From contig JAYKHZ010000133.1 of the NCBI GenBank assembly GCA_035286165.1, positions 1 to 43,643 of the forward strand: DNA of 43,643 nt, read 5' to 3'. The number at the start of each line of letters is the position of its first letter. Positions within the stretch are counted from its first letter, which is position 1. Under the pieces are notes generated by a model. The model saw only the letters and a list, made by a program, of their open reading frames with translations. It had not been told where the DNA came from and did no database searches. Origin of the DNA: Synechococcus sp. (GTDB lineage Bacteria > Cyanobacteriota > Cyanobacteriia > PCC-6307 > Cyanobiaceae). Positions 42,695 to 43,643 of the stretch are shown here, piece after piece. The translations under genes and the position numbers were made by a program.

Positions 42695-43643
42695 ATGACC
42701 CTTCCAGCGGCGAGTTCCCTCTGGCGGCTCTACCAGCTGGTGCCGATGCTGGTGGTGGCGCTGCTCTCCCTGCATTGGGCCAGTCGCCCCACGATTCCGG
42801 TGCTGGTGCGGGGCATGGGTCTGATGGCGCCCCCGGATGCCCGCCGCGGCTTCTACGCCCGCAGTGCCGGCCAGGTTCAGAGCGTCGACGTGCGGGTGGG
42901 GGAGGACGTGCGCCAGGGCCAGCGTTTGCTCATTCTCAACCGCGTTGGCGAGAGCAGCCCGGAGGGTGGGCCGGTGCTCGGCGGTCCCCAGGTGACCGCG
43001 GCCCGCTTGAAGGCCGTCGCCCAACGCCTGCAGGTGCTCGGGGAGCAGGCCCGCGCCCTGGATGATCAGCAGCGGGCCCTGTTGAGCCGGCGCAACCAGA
43101 TCGACACCACCAACCGCCCGGTGCGCCGCCAGTTGGAGGCCCTCGAAGGACTGCGCCGCGATCAGGTGATCGCCCGCTACAGCCCCCTGTGGGTGATGGC
43201 ACAGGACCTGGTGCTGCGCAACAAGGCCGACATCTCCTCGGTGGACGCCAACCTGGCGGAGCTGCGGGCTCAGCGGGCGGCCCTGCGGGCCCAGGCGGCG
43301 GAGCTGGGCGCCCAGCGGGCGGCCCTGGAGAGCGAGGAGTTCAGCCAGCTGGTGTTCAGCCCGGCGGCGGGGCGGGTTCTGGATCTGGCGGTGCTCCCCG
43401 GCCAGCCGGTGGCACCCGGCCAGAAGCTCGGCAGCATCGGCCTGCCGCCCGCGGCGGCCGGAAAGCTTGCGGTGGTGCTGTTCACGGCGGCGGACGCCAC
43501 CCGCCTGGAGGTGGGTGATGAGGTGCGGCTCAATCCCCAGCTGCTCAGCCGCGACAGCTTCGGCAGCGGTGAGCAGCGCTGGGGCCTGGTGCCGGGGCGT
43601 CTGCTGAGCCTCTCCAGCGAGAGTGTGGATGTGGAGGATGTGG
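42695..43643 (+). CDS. HlyD-family membrane fusion protein, NHLP bacteriocin system secretion type (partial, runs off the right edge)
   Basis: Own translation from ATG 42695 has no stop: TM ending W, TIPVLVRGMGLM, lipoyl halves SAGQVQSVDVRVGEDVRQGQRL and VFSPAAGRVLDLAVLPGQPVAPGQKL flanking a coiled coil, then DATRLEVGDEVRLNP...WGLVPGRL. Confidence 0.85.
   Translation, partial: MTLPAASSLWRLYQLVPMLVVALLSLHWASRPTIPVLVRGMGLMAPPDARRGFYARSAGQVQSVDVRVGEDVRQGQRLLILNRVGESSPEGGPVLGGPQVTAARLKAVAQRLQVLGEQARALDDQQRALLSRRNQIDTTNRPVRRQLEALEGLRRDQVIARYSPLWVMAQDLVLRNKADISSVDANLAELRAQRAALRAQAAELGAQRAALESEEFSQLVFSPAAGRVLDLAVLPGQPVAPGQKLGSIGLPPAAAGKLAVVLFTAADATRLEVGDEVRLNPQLLSRDSFGSGEQRWGLVPGRLLSLSSESVDVEDV

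Larger units (their letters stand above)
40801..43643. mobile_element. Probable left part of a horizontally acquired high-GC genomic island
   Basis: Compositional shift (hand-counted 60-mers in TolC about 82-83% GC versus about 68% in a pepN sample) and secretion-system gene content; no integrase seen in the window. Confidence 0.5.

Noticed and set aside
42604-43533. ORF-track calls at the right edge (153, 88, 109 and 87 aa)
   Set aside because: These are low-complexity off-frame products; the real gene is the open frame from ATG 42695 encoding the HlyD-type protein

Overview
GC-rich picocyanobacterial (Synechococcus/Cyanobium-type) chromosomal segment, mostly core genes: pepN, sasA, petH-zwf-opcA-cobB-acyP, RecD-like helicase, crtE, folD, HDIG phosphodiesterase, leuA, GH57, folB-proA-ROK, tamB, ycf51, CocE/NonD hydrolase and glgB. 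Five things depart from the backbone. (1) Two identical full-length tRNA-Glu(TTC) genes lie in tandem, each with a leader hairpin and its own terminator. (2) An accessory islet at about 25.4-28.8 kb holds an orphan ArsS-type radical SAM gene, a ribbon-helix-helix-like protein, DUF3598-like and WbuC cupin genes, and a K+-channel-like protein lacking the GYG filter. (3) TamB has an apparent lipoprotein signal. (4) Several small orphan ORFs sit between core genes. (5) At the right edge, an abrupt compositional shift begins inside the 3' end of glgB and continues into a very GC-rich TolC plus an NHLP-bacteriocin-type HlyD adaptor that runs off the window and is missing from the ORF track, probably the start of an acquired type I secretion/RiPP export island. 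No CRISPR array, transposase or integrase was seen. All family calls come from motif recognition by eye, not database searches.
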